In this document: piece after piece, positions 1 to 10,129 of the stretch
How positions within the stretch are numbered: the first letter of the stretch is position 1
Layout: the number at the start of each line of letters is the position of its first letter
Source: Hemiscyllium ocellatum
Taxonomy: Eukaryota
Assembly: GCF_020745735.1 (NCBI RefSeq)
Contig: NC_083409.1
Coordinates: forward strand, 20,532,098 to 20,596,097
DNA: 64,000 nt
Direction: 5' to 3'
Translations under genes and position numbers: made by a program
The notes under the pieces: generated by a model
What the model was told of the DNA's origin: nothing
What the model saw: the letters and a program-made list of their open reading frames with translations, nothing else
Database searches by the model: none

Positions 1-605
1 AGAAAACTGTGAACCATCTGCACTCCCTGGAATCTGACAGCACAGGAGGAGGCCATTCAGCCTATCATGTCTTTGAATGACCCAGTTAATCCCACTGCTC
101 CCCTCTCTTTCCCCGTAACCCAGCAAATCTTTCCTTTACAGCTCAATCTCCAATTTCCCTCTGACATTCCCTCATGTCCACAGCGTGAGACTGCCCTGAA
201 CCTGGGCTTCAAATTGGCATTGCATTCATTCATTGGGAGACAAACTGCCTGGGCTGGGAAATGGAACTCAGGATCCTGAACATTCCCTCTCCCCTCCTGA
301 GGAACACTTCATTTGGTTTTGCATATTCACTTGTGGGAAGTGGGCTTCACCAGCTGGGCCAACATTTTTTACCCTGTCTCTAGTTGCCCTGGAGTAGGTG
401 GTGGGAAGCTGCCATCTTGAATTGTTATCGTCCACAAGCTGTAAGTTGACCCACAATGCCAGCATTTTGACCCAGCAAGGCTGAGGGATCAGCGACATAT
501 TTCCAAGTCCGGATGCTAAGCTTTTTCGAGGGGAACTTGCAGCTCACAGTGTTCCCATGTATCTGCTGCTCTTGTTCTAAATGGAAGTGAACGTGGGTTT
601 GGAGG

Positions 606-801
606 GAAACCAAAAGAACTGCAGATGCTGTAAATCTGAGACAAAAATAGAAAGTGCTGAAAAAGCTCAGCAGGTCTGGCAGCATCTGTGAAGAGAAATC
701 AGAGTTAATATTTCATGCTCAACCCGAAATGTTTACACTGATTTCTCTCCAAGATGCTGCCAGACCTGCTGAGCTTTTCCTGAAATTTCTACTTTTGTCC
801 A
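606..801. mobile_element. Short Penelope-derived hairpin insertion (family A) inside an older LINE fragment
   Basis: Arm gaaaaagctcagcaggtctggcagcatct is mirrored by agatgctgccagacctgctgagcttttcc. Flanked by near-identical tgggtttgga(g/a)g at 594-605 and 802-813 (TSD). Confidence 0.7.
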
Positions 802-974
802 TGGGTTTGGAAGGTGCTACCTGAAGATCAGTGATGAATTTCTGCAGTGCATCTTATCGATAATACACACTGCTGCTATGGAGCGTCAGTGACAGTGAGT
901 TTGGATGCTTTGAGAATGCGATGCCAATCAAGGAGTTTGCTTTGCTCTGGATGGTATCAAGCTTTTTGAGTGGA

Positions 975-1140
975 TAAGAAAGACATAGGATACAATAGAC
1001 AGAGATAGGAAAGGTTTCAAGGGATATGTGTGAAATGCAGGCAAATAAGATGAGTTCACTTCAGAAAACCTGGTCAGCATGTAGAAGTTTGGCTTAAGGG
1101 TTTGTTTCTGTGCTGTATGACTCTGTGACACTATCAATCT
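975..1140 (+). mobile_element. CR1-type LINE 3' end fragment
   Basis: ggatatgtgtgaaatgcaggcaaa...tttctgtgctgtatgactctgtgac matches the 3' tail seen on other CR1 copies in the window. Confidence 0.6.
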
Positions 1141-2450
1141 ATGAATGTTGTTGGAGCTGAACCTGTCCAGGCAAGTGGGGAGTATTTGCTCACACTCCTG
1201 ACTTGGTTGACAGGTTTTGGGGGGATCAGTAGGTGAGTTACTCGATGCAGTATTCCGAGCCTCTAACTTGCTCTTGTCACCACTGTGTTTCTTTGGTGAA
1301 TCCAGTTGTGTTTCTGGTCAATGGCACCTCAAGAATGTTGATAGTGGGGATTCAGTGATGGGAATAGCATTGATTGTCAAGGGGCGATGTTTAGATTGTC
1401 TCTTATTGGTGATGGTGATTGGCTGGCATTTGCATGGCACCAATGGGAAATGTCACTTCTCAGACAAAACCTGGATATTGTCCAGATATTGTTGCATTTG
1501 CACGTGGACTGCTTCAGTATCTGAGGAGTTGGGAAGAGTGCTGAACATTGTGCAATACGAGTTTGCCTTGAGTTGCAATATCTGTTCGGAGTCTGTCCTA
1601 TTTAGTACGGTGATAGTACCACACAACACAATGGAGGGGATTCTCAATGTGAAGGTCAGACTTTGTTTCCAGAAGGACTGTGTGATGGTCACTCTTACCA
1701 ATACTGTCAAGGATAGATGCATCTACAGCCACAAGATTGGTGAGGATGGGGTCAAGCATCTTTTTCCATCTTTTTGGTTCCAGCTGCAGAGCCAGTCCCT
1801 CAGCTACATCCATGAGGAACCAACCAGCTCGATCAGTAATGCTGCTGCCAAGCCACTCTCAGTGGTGGGCATTGAAACCCCCCACCCAGAGTACACTCTC
1901 TGCTGTCATCATCCTCAGTGCTTCCTCCAAATGTTGTTCAACATCCAGGAGAGACTGATACATCAGCCGAGGGAGCAAGATATCTTGTAATCACCAGGAG
2001 GTTTCCTCGCCCATGTTTAACCTGGTGTCATGAGTCTTTACGGGGTCCAGAGCCAACTTTGAGACTTCCCAGCGTAACTCCCTTCTGGCTGTAGACCACT
2101 GTGTCATCAGCTCTGCTGGGTTTGCCTTTCTGGTGGGACAGGACACATGCAGGGACAGTGATGGTGGGGTCTGGGGCATTGTCTGCAAGGTATGGTTCTG
2201 TGAGTATGACTATGTCAGGCTGTTGCTTGAGTCATCTGTAAGACAGCTCTCCTGAATTTGGCACTAGCTCCCAGATGTCAGTAAGGAGGATGGAGCAGGG
2301 TAGACAGGGCTGTTTCTGTCATTGTCTTTTCGGTGTCTAGATCGATGCCTGTGGTCCGTCCGGTCTCATTTCTTTGTTGAAACATTGTCATAATTGATAC
2401 AACTGAGAGCCCTGCTCGGCCATTTCAGAGGGCACTAGAGAGTCAACCAC
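1141..2450 (-). mobile_element. Decayed L2/CR1-group LINE ORF2 fragment (AP-endonuclease region)
   Basis: Minus-strand peptide LDPILTNL...IGKSDHHTVLLETK is an APE-type LDL..T...SDH motif. Related copies lie at about 38560-39900 and 59210-59870. Confidence 0.7.
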
Positions 2451-3284
2451 ATTGCTAGAGGACAGCGCCATGTACCCCGGCAGTACATTCCGACCTCCCC
2501 CACTTCCCCATTCTGTATATGGAAGGCGGAAGCCTGCCAGCAGGATATTCAACCGCAGGAGCTGTCACAGCCCGTGCGTAATTCTGTCCCACATTAAATC
2601 CACACAAATCTTGAATTCACATAACACCTTCAATATCCAAACATTCCAAGAATGTTCACAAAGTTGCAGTAAGAGGGATGGGGGAGGGGTTGGAGGAACA
2701 TAAGAACTAGGAGCAGGAGCAAGCAATTCAGCCCCTCGAGCCCGCACCACTATTTAATACAATCATGGCTGATCCAATCTCAGACTCAACTCGACTTTCC
2801 TGCCCACTCTCCATCATCCTTTAACCCATTACCCATTAAATATCTGTTCATCTCCTCCTTGGTGTGAGACAGGGAAGGGACCACTCCATTTCAGAAAAGA
2901 CTGACCATGGAAGGGGAAGGAGAGGGGAAAGGATTGGAACATGTTGTGAATGGACAGAATGGGTCAGTGGGTCAGAGCCTGTCCTGTCCCTCCAACTCAC
3001 GCTGATGATCTGAGGATCTCCTCTCTCTGCTAGGCCTTCACGGAATGAGGTTTGTGTCCAAATCAGTCCCCAGTGAGAATAGGCCAACAGCACAGAACAG
3101 CACAGAACTGCCCTTCATTTGACCAGAGTCTGTCCATCTTCCTGAGAGAGGCCAAACCCTGGTCAATGTGGAAATAGGGTCTTACTCCAGGAGAAGACAG
3201 GGGTCAAGGGTTAACATCCATTAGTGGGACAGAGCAGTGGGAGATTTATCCTGCATTCACTGTCACCACCGAGGACACTGTCAG

Positions 3285-3346
3285 AAAGAGAGAGCAGTGA
3301 GGCAGAGAGAGAGATGGAGGGAAAAATTGCGTGTGCGTGTGTGCGC

Positions 3347-3380
<34 letters not shown>

Positions 3381-3995
3381 AAGAAAGAAAGAAAGAATGA
3401 GAGAGAGAGATAGAGGGACGAGCATCTGATACGGTGTAAGATATGTGAGCGGACCAAGAGAGAGGTAGAAGGAGGTAAAAATGGTGAGGTTGAGGGATAG
3501 AGAGAGAAACAAGATGTGAGACAGTGTGACTGAGAGGGATGGAGAGAGACAAAAAGACAAGGAGAGAGAGAAAAAGAGACATGATGGGTGTGAGACTAAG
3601 CATGTAGAGAGTTGAGAGGGAGGGGAGGGTTGAGTGTGAGAGAGAAAGAGAGATGAGTATGGGTAGATTTATAATGACAGAGAGAGGGAGAGAGACTGCA
3701 AATTGGGATTGAGAGAGGGAAGGAGAGAGAAAGAGGGAGGAATAGAGAGTGACAGATAACAATTGGAGGCTTTTAATTGAAATGAGAGAGGGAGCGAGTA
3801 ACAGAGACAGTGAGAGATGGAGAAACAGATGATAAGATGGAGTAAGAAAGCATCAGTGAGTTGGAGAGAGTGGCTATGAGACAGAGTGTATGTGTGTGAG
3901 AGAGGGAGAGAACATGAAAGAGATTAACAGTGGGAGAGAGAGATAGAGGTAGAGAGAAAGAAATGGTAGATGTGAGTCAGAGAGAGAGAGAGGGA
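3285..3995. repeat. GA-rich low-complexity tract with (GT)n(GA)n(GAAA)n microsatellite at about 3330-3412
   Basis: Directly visible purine-rich repeats. They explain the spurious S/L-rich ORFs 3211-3762 and 3246-3560. Confidence 0.95.
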
Positions 3996-4487
3996 CAAGT
4001 CCTGGTCACTACACTCTGGGAAGAATGTGATTGTACCTGAGAGGGTACAGGGGAGATTTCCCAGGATGCTGCCTGAATGTGAGCTTTGGGCACACCTCCT
4101 CCCTGCCCAGCCCTGTTAGAATTTTATATGTTTCAATCAGATCCCCTCTCATCGTTCTGAACACGAGTGAGTCCATGGCCAGGCGAGTTGGAGAGTGAGA
4201 GGAGAGTTGAGAAGAAATGTTTTCACCTAAAGGGTGTTGGGAGTCTGGAACTCACTGCCTTAAAGGCTGGTTGAGTCACAAACTCTTGTGACATTGGAGC
4301 AGTGTTTAGATATTCCCTTGTGTTGCTGTAACCCCCAGGGTAATGGGCCAAGAGCTGGAGGATGGGATTAGTGTCATCAGATCTTTGTTTACCAGCACAG
4401 ACACAATGGACCAAATGGCCTCATTCAGTGCTGTTCACATCAATGACTCTGAGACAGAGAGAGTGACAGAGAGAGAGAGAGAGAGAA

Positions 4488-4584
4488 GAGGAAGTGTGAG
4501 GGGCTGACGTGGCTCTCTCTGCCTGATGCCATTTACATACTGAGGAACACCCAGTCAGACTCTCACAGGCTGCAGCTTTATAAA
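4488..4584 (+). promoter_or_regulatory. Ig light-chain V promoter
   Basis: GAGGAAGT PU.1/Ets box 4488-4495, TGACGTG CRE-like 4505-4511, octamer variant ATTTACAT 4531-4538, GAGGAA 4542-4547 and TATAAA 4579-4584, about 60 nt upstream of the leader ATG. Confidence 0.75.
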
Positions 4585-4644
4585 GCAGAGCCCAGTGAAG
4601 GGAGAGTTTATCAGGAACCAGGCACAGGGTCAGGAGCACACACC

Positions 4645-4693
4645 ATGATTTCACACATCCAGCTGATCTGGCCCCTGGCATTCTGTGTCGCAG
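4645..4693 (+). CDS. Ig kappa-type (NS4-like) light chain, leader exon MISHIQLIWPLAFCVA(G)
   Basis: caccATG context, hydrophobic signal peptide, 49 nt ending at a phase-1 donor gcag|gtataa. Confidence 0.92.
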
Positions 4694-4879
4694 GTATAAA
4701 TCTCTCTCCTTCCACCTTGAATCTTTCACTGTTCTCCATTTCACTCCAATTCCACTGACTTGTGATTGAAGGGAAAATGCTGAAACCAGAGGAATGCTCA
4801 GTGTCTCCAACAATCTCTCATTTGACAGGCTCTTTCTGTGACAGTTCTGACTTCACTGTTTTTCTCTCTGACCCCTCAA

Positions 4880-5212
4880 GTATCAGTGGGGACATCACCA
4901 TGACCCAGTCTCCCCCGGTGATGTCAGTGGGACGGGGCCAGACCGCAACCATCACCTGTACGGCCAGTCAAAGCATTAGCAGCAACCTTGCTTGGTACCA
5001 GCAGCGAGAAGGTCAGAAACCTTCTCTCCTGATCTATGGTGCAGCAACTCGATTCACAGGAGTCTCGGAGCGATTCACCGGCAGTGGATCAGGGATCAGT
5101 TACACCCTGAAAATCAGCAACGTTCAGAATGAGGATGTGGCTGACTATTACTGTCAGCAGTATTACAGCTGGCCTTTTTTTATGTTCGGTAAAGGAACCA
5201 AGCTCAGACTGA
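4880..5212 (+). CDS. Pre-joined, in-frame V-J exon of an Ig kappa-type light chain
   Basis: (G)[110 protein letters not shown]. Both V Cys, the FR2 Trp, DYYC and the J FGxG motif are intact, and there is no RSS between V and J. Donor ctga|gtaagt at 5213. The upstream acceptor reads caa| (4877-4879). Confidence 0.96.
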
Positions 5213-5586
5213 GTAAGTAAACCTCAATCCTCTGTTATTAACCCTGTCAATACTGAAACACACTTTCTAAAATAAAGTTGCTGATTTGTTGAAGGTGTTA
5301 GTGGGGAGCTGCAGTGAATGAAATGGTTGATTGAGGAGCACTGTGTCTAACAGGGTGTCCAGCTGCATTTCATTACTTTCATGCCCTCTTTAAAAAAAGC
5401 AAGATATAAGTCAGTCAGTTTTACTCACTGTGTGGAGGAGCTCTGTCCATTTGCAGCCTGTAGTCCCATTCCTGCAGCATGGAGTGAAATCAGTGAGTAG
5501 CCTCCTGCCAGTCTCAGTGTGACGGACACGGGCAAAGTTTGATGTGAGCTCTGGCTCCCTGTCCCAGTCTCTGATCTCACTGACCT

Positions 5587-5609
5587 CAGCAGCAGCAGCA
5601 GCAGCAGCA
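5587..5609. repeat. (CAG)n microsatellite in the J-C intron
   Basis: cagcagcagcagcagcagcagca is directly visible. Confidence 0.95.
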
Positions 5610-6061
5610 CAGTGAGACACCGAGCTCCCACCTCCCCCAGCTTTAACTCTGCTCAATCACACAATCACAGAATTGTTACAGTGCACAAGGAAGCCATTCC
5701 GTCCATCCTTTCTGGACTAGCTCTCCGAATGAGCAATTCACTGAGTGTCATTCTCCTGCCTTCTCCCTGTCACCCTGCACATTGTTCCTTTTCAGATAAC
5801 AGTCTCATTCCCTTCGGAATATTTTAATTGAAGCTGCCTCCACCACACTCTCAGGCAGTGCACTCCACACCTAAACCACCCACTGGCTGAAAATGTTTTC
5901 CCTCATCTCACTTTTGTTACTTTTCCAATTACTTTCAATCTGTGGTCACTCGGTCTCAATCCTTTCACAAGTGGAATCATTTTCTCCCTATTTACTCTGT
6001 TCCAGGCCCCTCCTGATTTTGAGTTTCTGGAACAATTCTCCTCGCTGCCTTCTCCTAAGAA

Positions 6062-6261
6062 TTGAAGGTGCCGGTGTTGGACTGGGGTGGACAAAGTTAA
6101 AAATCACACAACACCAGGTTATAGTCCAACAGGGGGTTTATTTGGAAGCACTAGCTTTCGGAGCGCCCCTCCTTCATCAAATGGTTGTCAGCGGCGCTCC
6201 AAAAGCTAGTGCTTCCACATTAACCTGTTGGACTATAACCTGATGTTGTGTGATCTGTAAC
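6062..6261. mobile_element. Short Penelope-derived hairpin insertion (family B)
   Basis: cacacaacaccaggttatagtccaacagg...ggaagcactagctttcggagcgcc is mirrored by ggcgctccaaaagctagtgcttcc...cctgttggactataacctgatgttgtgtg. A second copy lies at 40690-40941. Confidence 0.7.
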
Positions 6262-6269
6262 TTTCTCCA

Positions 6270-8100
6270 AAGACGACAGTCCCAAATTCTCCAATGTATC
6301 TTCATAACTGATATTCCTCATCCCTGGAATGATCTTTGTGCATATGTTTGCCAGCTCTACAAAACATTCACCTCCTTCCTGCATTATTCACCTTATTTAT
6401 GTCCCTCATGATTTTATAAACCTCTATAAGGTCACTCCTCAGCCTCCAGTACTTCAGGGTAAAAGGTCTCAGCTTTTCCAGCCTCTAATGGTCACGGAGT
6501 CATACAGCGTGGAAACAGATCTTTCAGTCTAACTTCTCCATGCTAGCTCGATATCCAAAACTGACTTCAGCCCATTTGCCAGCATTTAGCCCACATCCCT
6601 CTAAACCCTTCCTAATCATGTACCCATCCAAACATCTTTTAAATGCTATAATGGTATCCGTCTCCAGCACTTTCTCTGACAGCTCGATCCGTACACGCAC
6701 CACCCTCTGTGTGACAAGTTACCCCTCAGGTCCCTTTTGGATCTTTTGCCTCTCATCTTAAACCTATACCCTCTATTATGGATTCCCTTTCCCAAGGCAA
6801 AGACCTGCGATGTACACCCTGTCCATGGCCGTCATGATTTTATAAACATCTATAAGGCCATCCCTCAGTCTCCGATCCTGCAGGAAAAATAACCCGTCTA
6901 TTGACCCTCTTCCGACAGCTCAAACCCTCCAGTTCCAGGCAACATCCATGTAAATCTTTTCTGCTGAATTTTAAGTTTAACAGCATCCTTCCTATCACAG
7001 GATGATCAGAAATGTTCACATTATTCCCAAAGTAGCCTCACCAATTTCCTGTACAGCTGCAAATGAGGTCCCAACTCTGACACTTAGTGCAGTGACCAAT
7101 AAAGGCAAGTGTACCCAACACCTTCTTCATCTCCCTGTCTCCCTGTGACTCCACTGTCAAGGAATAATGCCCCTGCACCTGCACCTGCCCCTGCCCCTGC
7201 ACCTGCCCCTGCACCTGCCACTGCACCCTGAGGTCACTTTGTTGAGCAACACCCCACAGGGCCCCACCATTAACAGTACAAGTCCTGCCCTGGTTTGACT
7301 TTCCAAAATGCAACATCTCACATTTATCTAAATTGAACTCCATTTGTCACACGTTTAGATCAGAGTGGTGCTGGAAAAGCACAGCAGGTCAGGCAACGTC
7401 CGAGGAGCAGGAAAATCGACGTTTCGGGCAAAAGTCCTTCATCAGGATTCCTCTAGCCGAAACATCAATTTTTCTGCTCCTCGGATGCTGCCTGACATGC
7501 TGTGCTTTTCCAGCACCACTCTGATCTAAACTCTGGTTTCCAGCATCTGCAGTCTGCACTTTTGTCCATTTGCCACACCTCTGCCCATTTCCCCAAATGA
7601 TCAAGGTCCCACTGTACTCTCAGATAAGCTTCTTCACTATCCACTGTACCACCAATTTTGGTGTCATTTACAAACTCGCTATGATTCCTATATTCACATC
7701 CAAATCATTTATTTAAATGATGAAAAGCCATGGACCCAGCACCAATCCTTGTGGCACACAGCTGACATCTGATCTCCAGTCTGAAAAGCAACCCCTTACC
7801 ACCACTCTCTGTCTCCTATCTTGAAGCCATTTTTTTACCCAAATGGCTAGCTCCCCCTGGATCCCATGTGGCCTAACCTTCCTAATCAGTCTTTCATGTG
7901 GAACCTTGTCAAATGCTGAAGTCTATATAGACAGTGTCTACTGTTCTGCCTACCCCAATCTTCTCTTCAAACAACCTCAATCACGTTAGTGAGACATGAT
8001 TACCATGCACAAAACTGCATTGATTGTCCAAATGCATGTAAATCCTGTTCCTCAGAATTCACTCCAATAACTTACCCAGCAATGACATCAATCCCACTGG
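6270..8100 (-). mobile_element. Nested CR1 LINE ORF2 (RT, 3' part) fragments
   Basis: Minus-strand MEFNLDKCEMLHFGKSN...LAFIG is a typical CR1 RT C-terminal motif. Interrupted by a (CCTGCA/C)n expansion at about 7168-7228 and by the hairpin at 7353-7564. Confidence 0.8.
7353..7564. mobile_element. Penelope-derived hairpin insertion (family A) carrying a minimal type I hammerhead motif on the minus strand (7414-7450)
   Basis: Inverted arms 7354-~7428 and ~7456-7530. TSD tccatttg(t/c)cacac at 7339-7352 and 7565-7578. Minus strand reads AATC-CTGATGA-A-GGAC-TTTT-GCCC-GAAA-CGTC-GATT. Confidence 0.75.
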
Positions 8101-8399
8101 TTTATAGTTCCCTGGCTTTTCCTTAAACAATGGCTAACATTAGCCAACCTCTCTGGTTCTCCAGAACCTTACTCGTGGCTGTCAATCAGAAACATACCTC
8201 AGCAAGGGGTCCAGCAATCTCTTTCCTAGCTTTCCACAATGTCCTGGGATACACCTGGAGATTTATCTACCGTCTTGCACTTTAAGAAATCCTCTTCTGT
8301 AATGTCTTTCTCCATGATAAATACTGACCTGGAATTTTAATTTAAGACCTAAACCATTTCCTGTGGACCCACCCAGAGGTACATTGTTCACCTTCATGG

Positions 8400-9960
8400 G
8401 GCCCTATTCTCTCTCTCGTTACTCTTTTGCCCTTTTCTTATTCACTATAATTCTACCACTTTTGCCCTTGAGTAAGTTCAGAAATTGTTTGCCTTCCTTC
8501 AAATGTATCTCGACTATACCTGGTGCACATCCTCTACTATTCTTTTCAGGTCTTTCCTGCCAACCTTTGATCCCACTTTATTCAGATCCGTTACATCCAT
8601 ATCCTATAGAAGCTGGCATTTTCCCCAGTGAAGATGTTTGACCCTGAAAAGGCCTTTGTTCTTTTCTACCATCACCCTCAACTTTGTGATACAATGATCA
8701 CTCTTCCTTAAGTGTCCTCTCACTGACACTTGATCCACTTGGGACTTCTCATTCGCAAGATCCAGATCTAGCAGAGCCTCCTTTCTCATTGGACTGGAAA
8801 CATGCGGCTGGAGAAAATTCACATGGACACACTCTCATGACCCTGGCCCCTCTCTGTCCTTCACACTGCTACTACCCCAGTCTATATTCAGAAATTAAAG
8901 ATATTTCCACCCCCCCCCCATTTATAATGACTATTACATTTGCAGGTCTCTGTAAATTCCTTGCAAATGTATTCCTCTAAATCCTTCCCACTGGGTGGTG
9001 ACTTATTGACTGCACTGATGATTCTGTAGATCTTGGTGCTCCTCTCTGGTATTACCTCCTGACTCCCACAGCCCTGCCAAGTTAGTTTAAACCCTCTCCA
9101 ACAGCACGAGTAGATCACCTCAAAGGAGCTCAGTGCCAGCTCTGTTCAGGAGCAACGCTGTCTGGTCTATCCAGGTCCCATCTCCCCCAGACCCAGTCCC
9201 AATGTCACAAGAATCGAAAACCCTCCCTCCTGGATCCTCTTTCCAGCCCCACAGTCACTTGTGTTATCCTCCTGCTAATCTTGTCACTTGCCTGTGGCAC
9301 TGGGAGTAATCTGAAGATTCCTACTTTTGAGTTCCTGATGTTAATTCCCTTCTGAGCTCCCTAAATTCTGACTGCAGGACTACATCCCTTTTCTCCCTCT
9401 GTCACTGGGACCGATGTGGACCACGATTGATGCCTGTTCCCCCTCTCCCCTCAGGGTGCTCTGCAGTCACTCAGTGACATCCTTCACCCTGGCACCAGGG
9501 AGACAACACACCATCCTGGATTCTCATCTGCAGCTGCAGAAATACCTATCGATGCCCTCACTCTCGAATCTCCTTTCACGATCAGTCTTCCAGTCTTCCT
9601 TATACCCCCCCCTCCCCCCAATACAGCTGAGCCACCAGTGGTGCCATGGGTTTGGCTCTGGATGCACTCCCCAGATGAACCATCATTCTCATCAGGATTC
9701 CAAACTGAATCCTGGTTGGAGAGTGGGATACACTCAGGGGATTCCTGTACTAGCTGCCTGGTCCTTTTGGACTGGCTGCTGCTCCCCCATTCCCTCTCTC
9801 CCTGCATACTCTGAAGCTGCAGAGTGACCACATCTAGAAATGTGCTCTCCACGGAGCTCTCAGCCTCACGGATGCTCCGCACTGACACCAGCTGCTGCTC
9901 AAGCTCCGAAATCTGGAGCTCCAACTGCTGTCACTGACCACACTTCCTGCACTCATGGTA
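8400..9960 (-). mobile_element. CR1 LINE ORF1 (esterase-type) and start of ORF2, decayed
   Basis: ORF 9484-9924 (LQISELEQQLVSVRSIREAE...LIVKGDSRVR...VSLVPG) resembles a CR1 ORF1 coiled coil followed by a GDS esterase motif. Endonuclease remnant LLDLDLANE...SDHCI at 8604-8822. Confidence 0.7.
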
Positions 9961-10129
9961 TTCCAGGAACTGGGAAGCATTCTGAAATTCCCACATGGAT
10001 ACATACTCTCTCCACTCTTTGGTTGTCTCTGGGCAAAGTTCTAATGACAAACAGCTCCAGCAGGGCTCACAGTCCAGTGGGTTCAGTGTTCCAGGGTTTT
10101 GGGGAAACTCTCCAGAAGTCTTTAAGAAA

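Noticed and set aside
1217-1990. 257-aa plus-strand ORF
   Set aside because: It is the antisense reading of a decayed LINE endonuclease region, with no protein-like features of its own.
3211-3762. 183-aa S/L-rich ORF
   Set aside because: Translation of a GA/CT low-complexity tract.
4762-4879. N-terminal part of ORF 4762-5220 as coding sequence
   Set aside because: It lies in the leader intron. The true start is the leader ATG at 4645.
5426-5646. Heptamer pair as a functional D segment or complete RSS
   Set aside because: No nonamer at 12 or 23 bp on either side, and light chains have no D. Kept only as a low-confidence finding.
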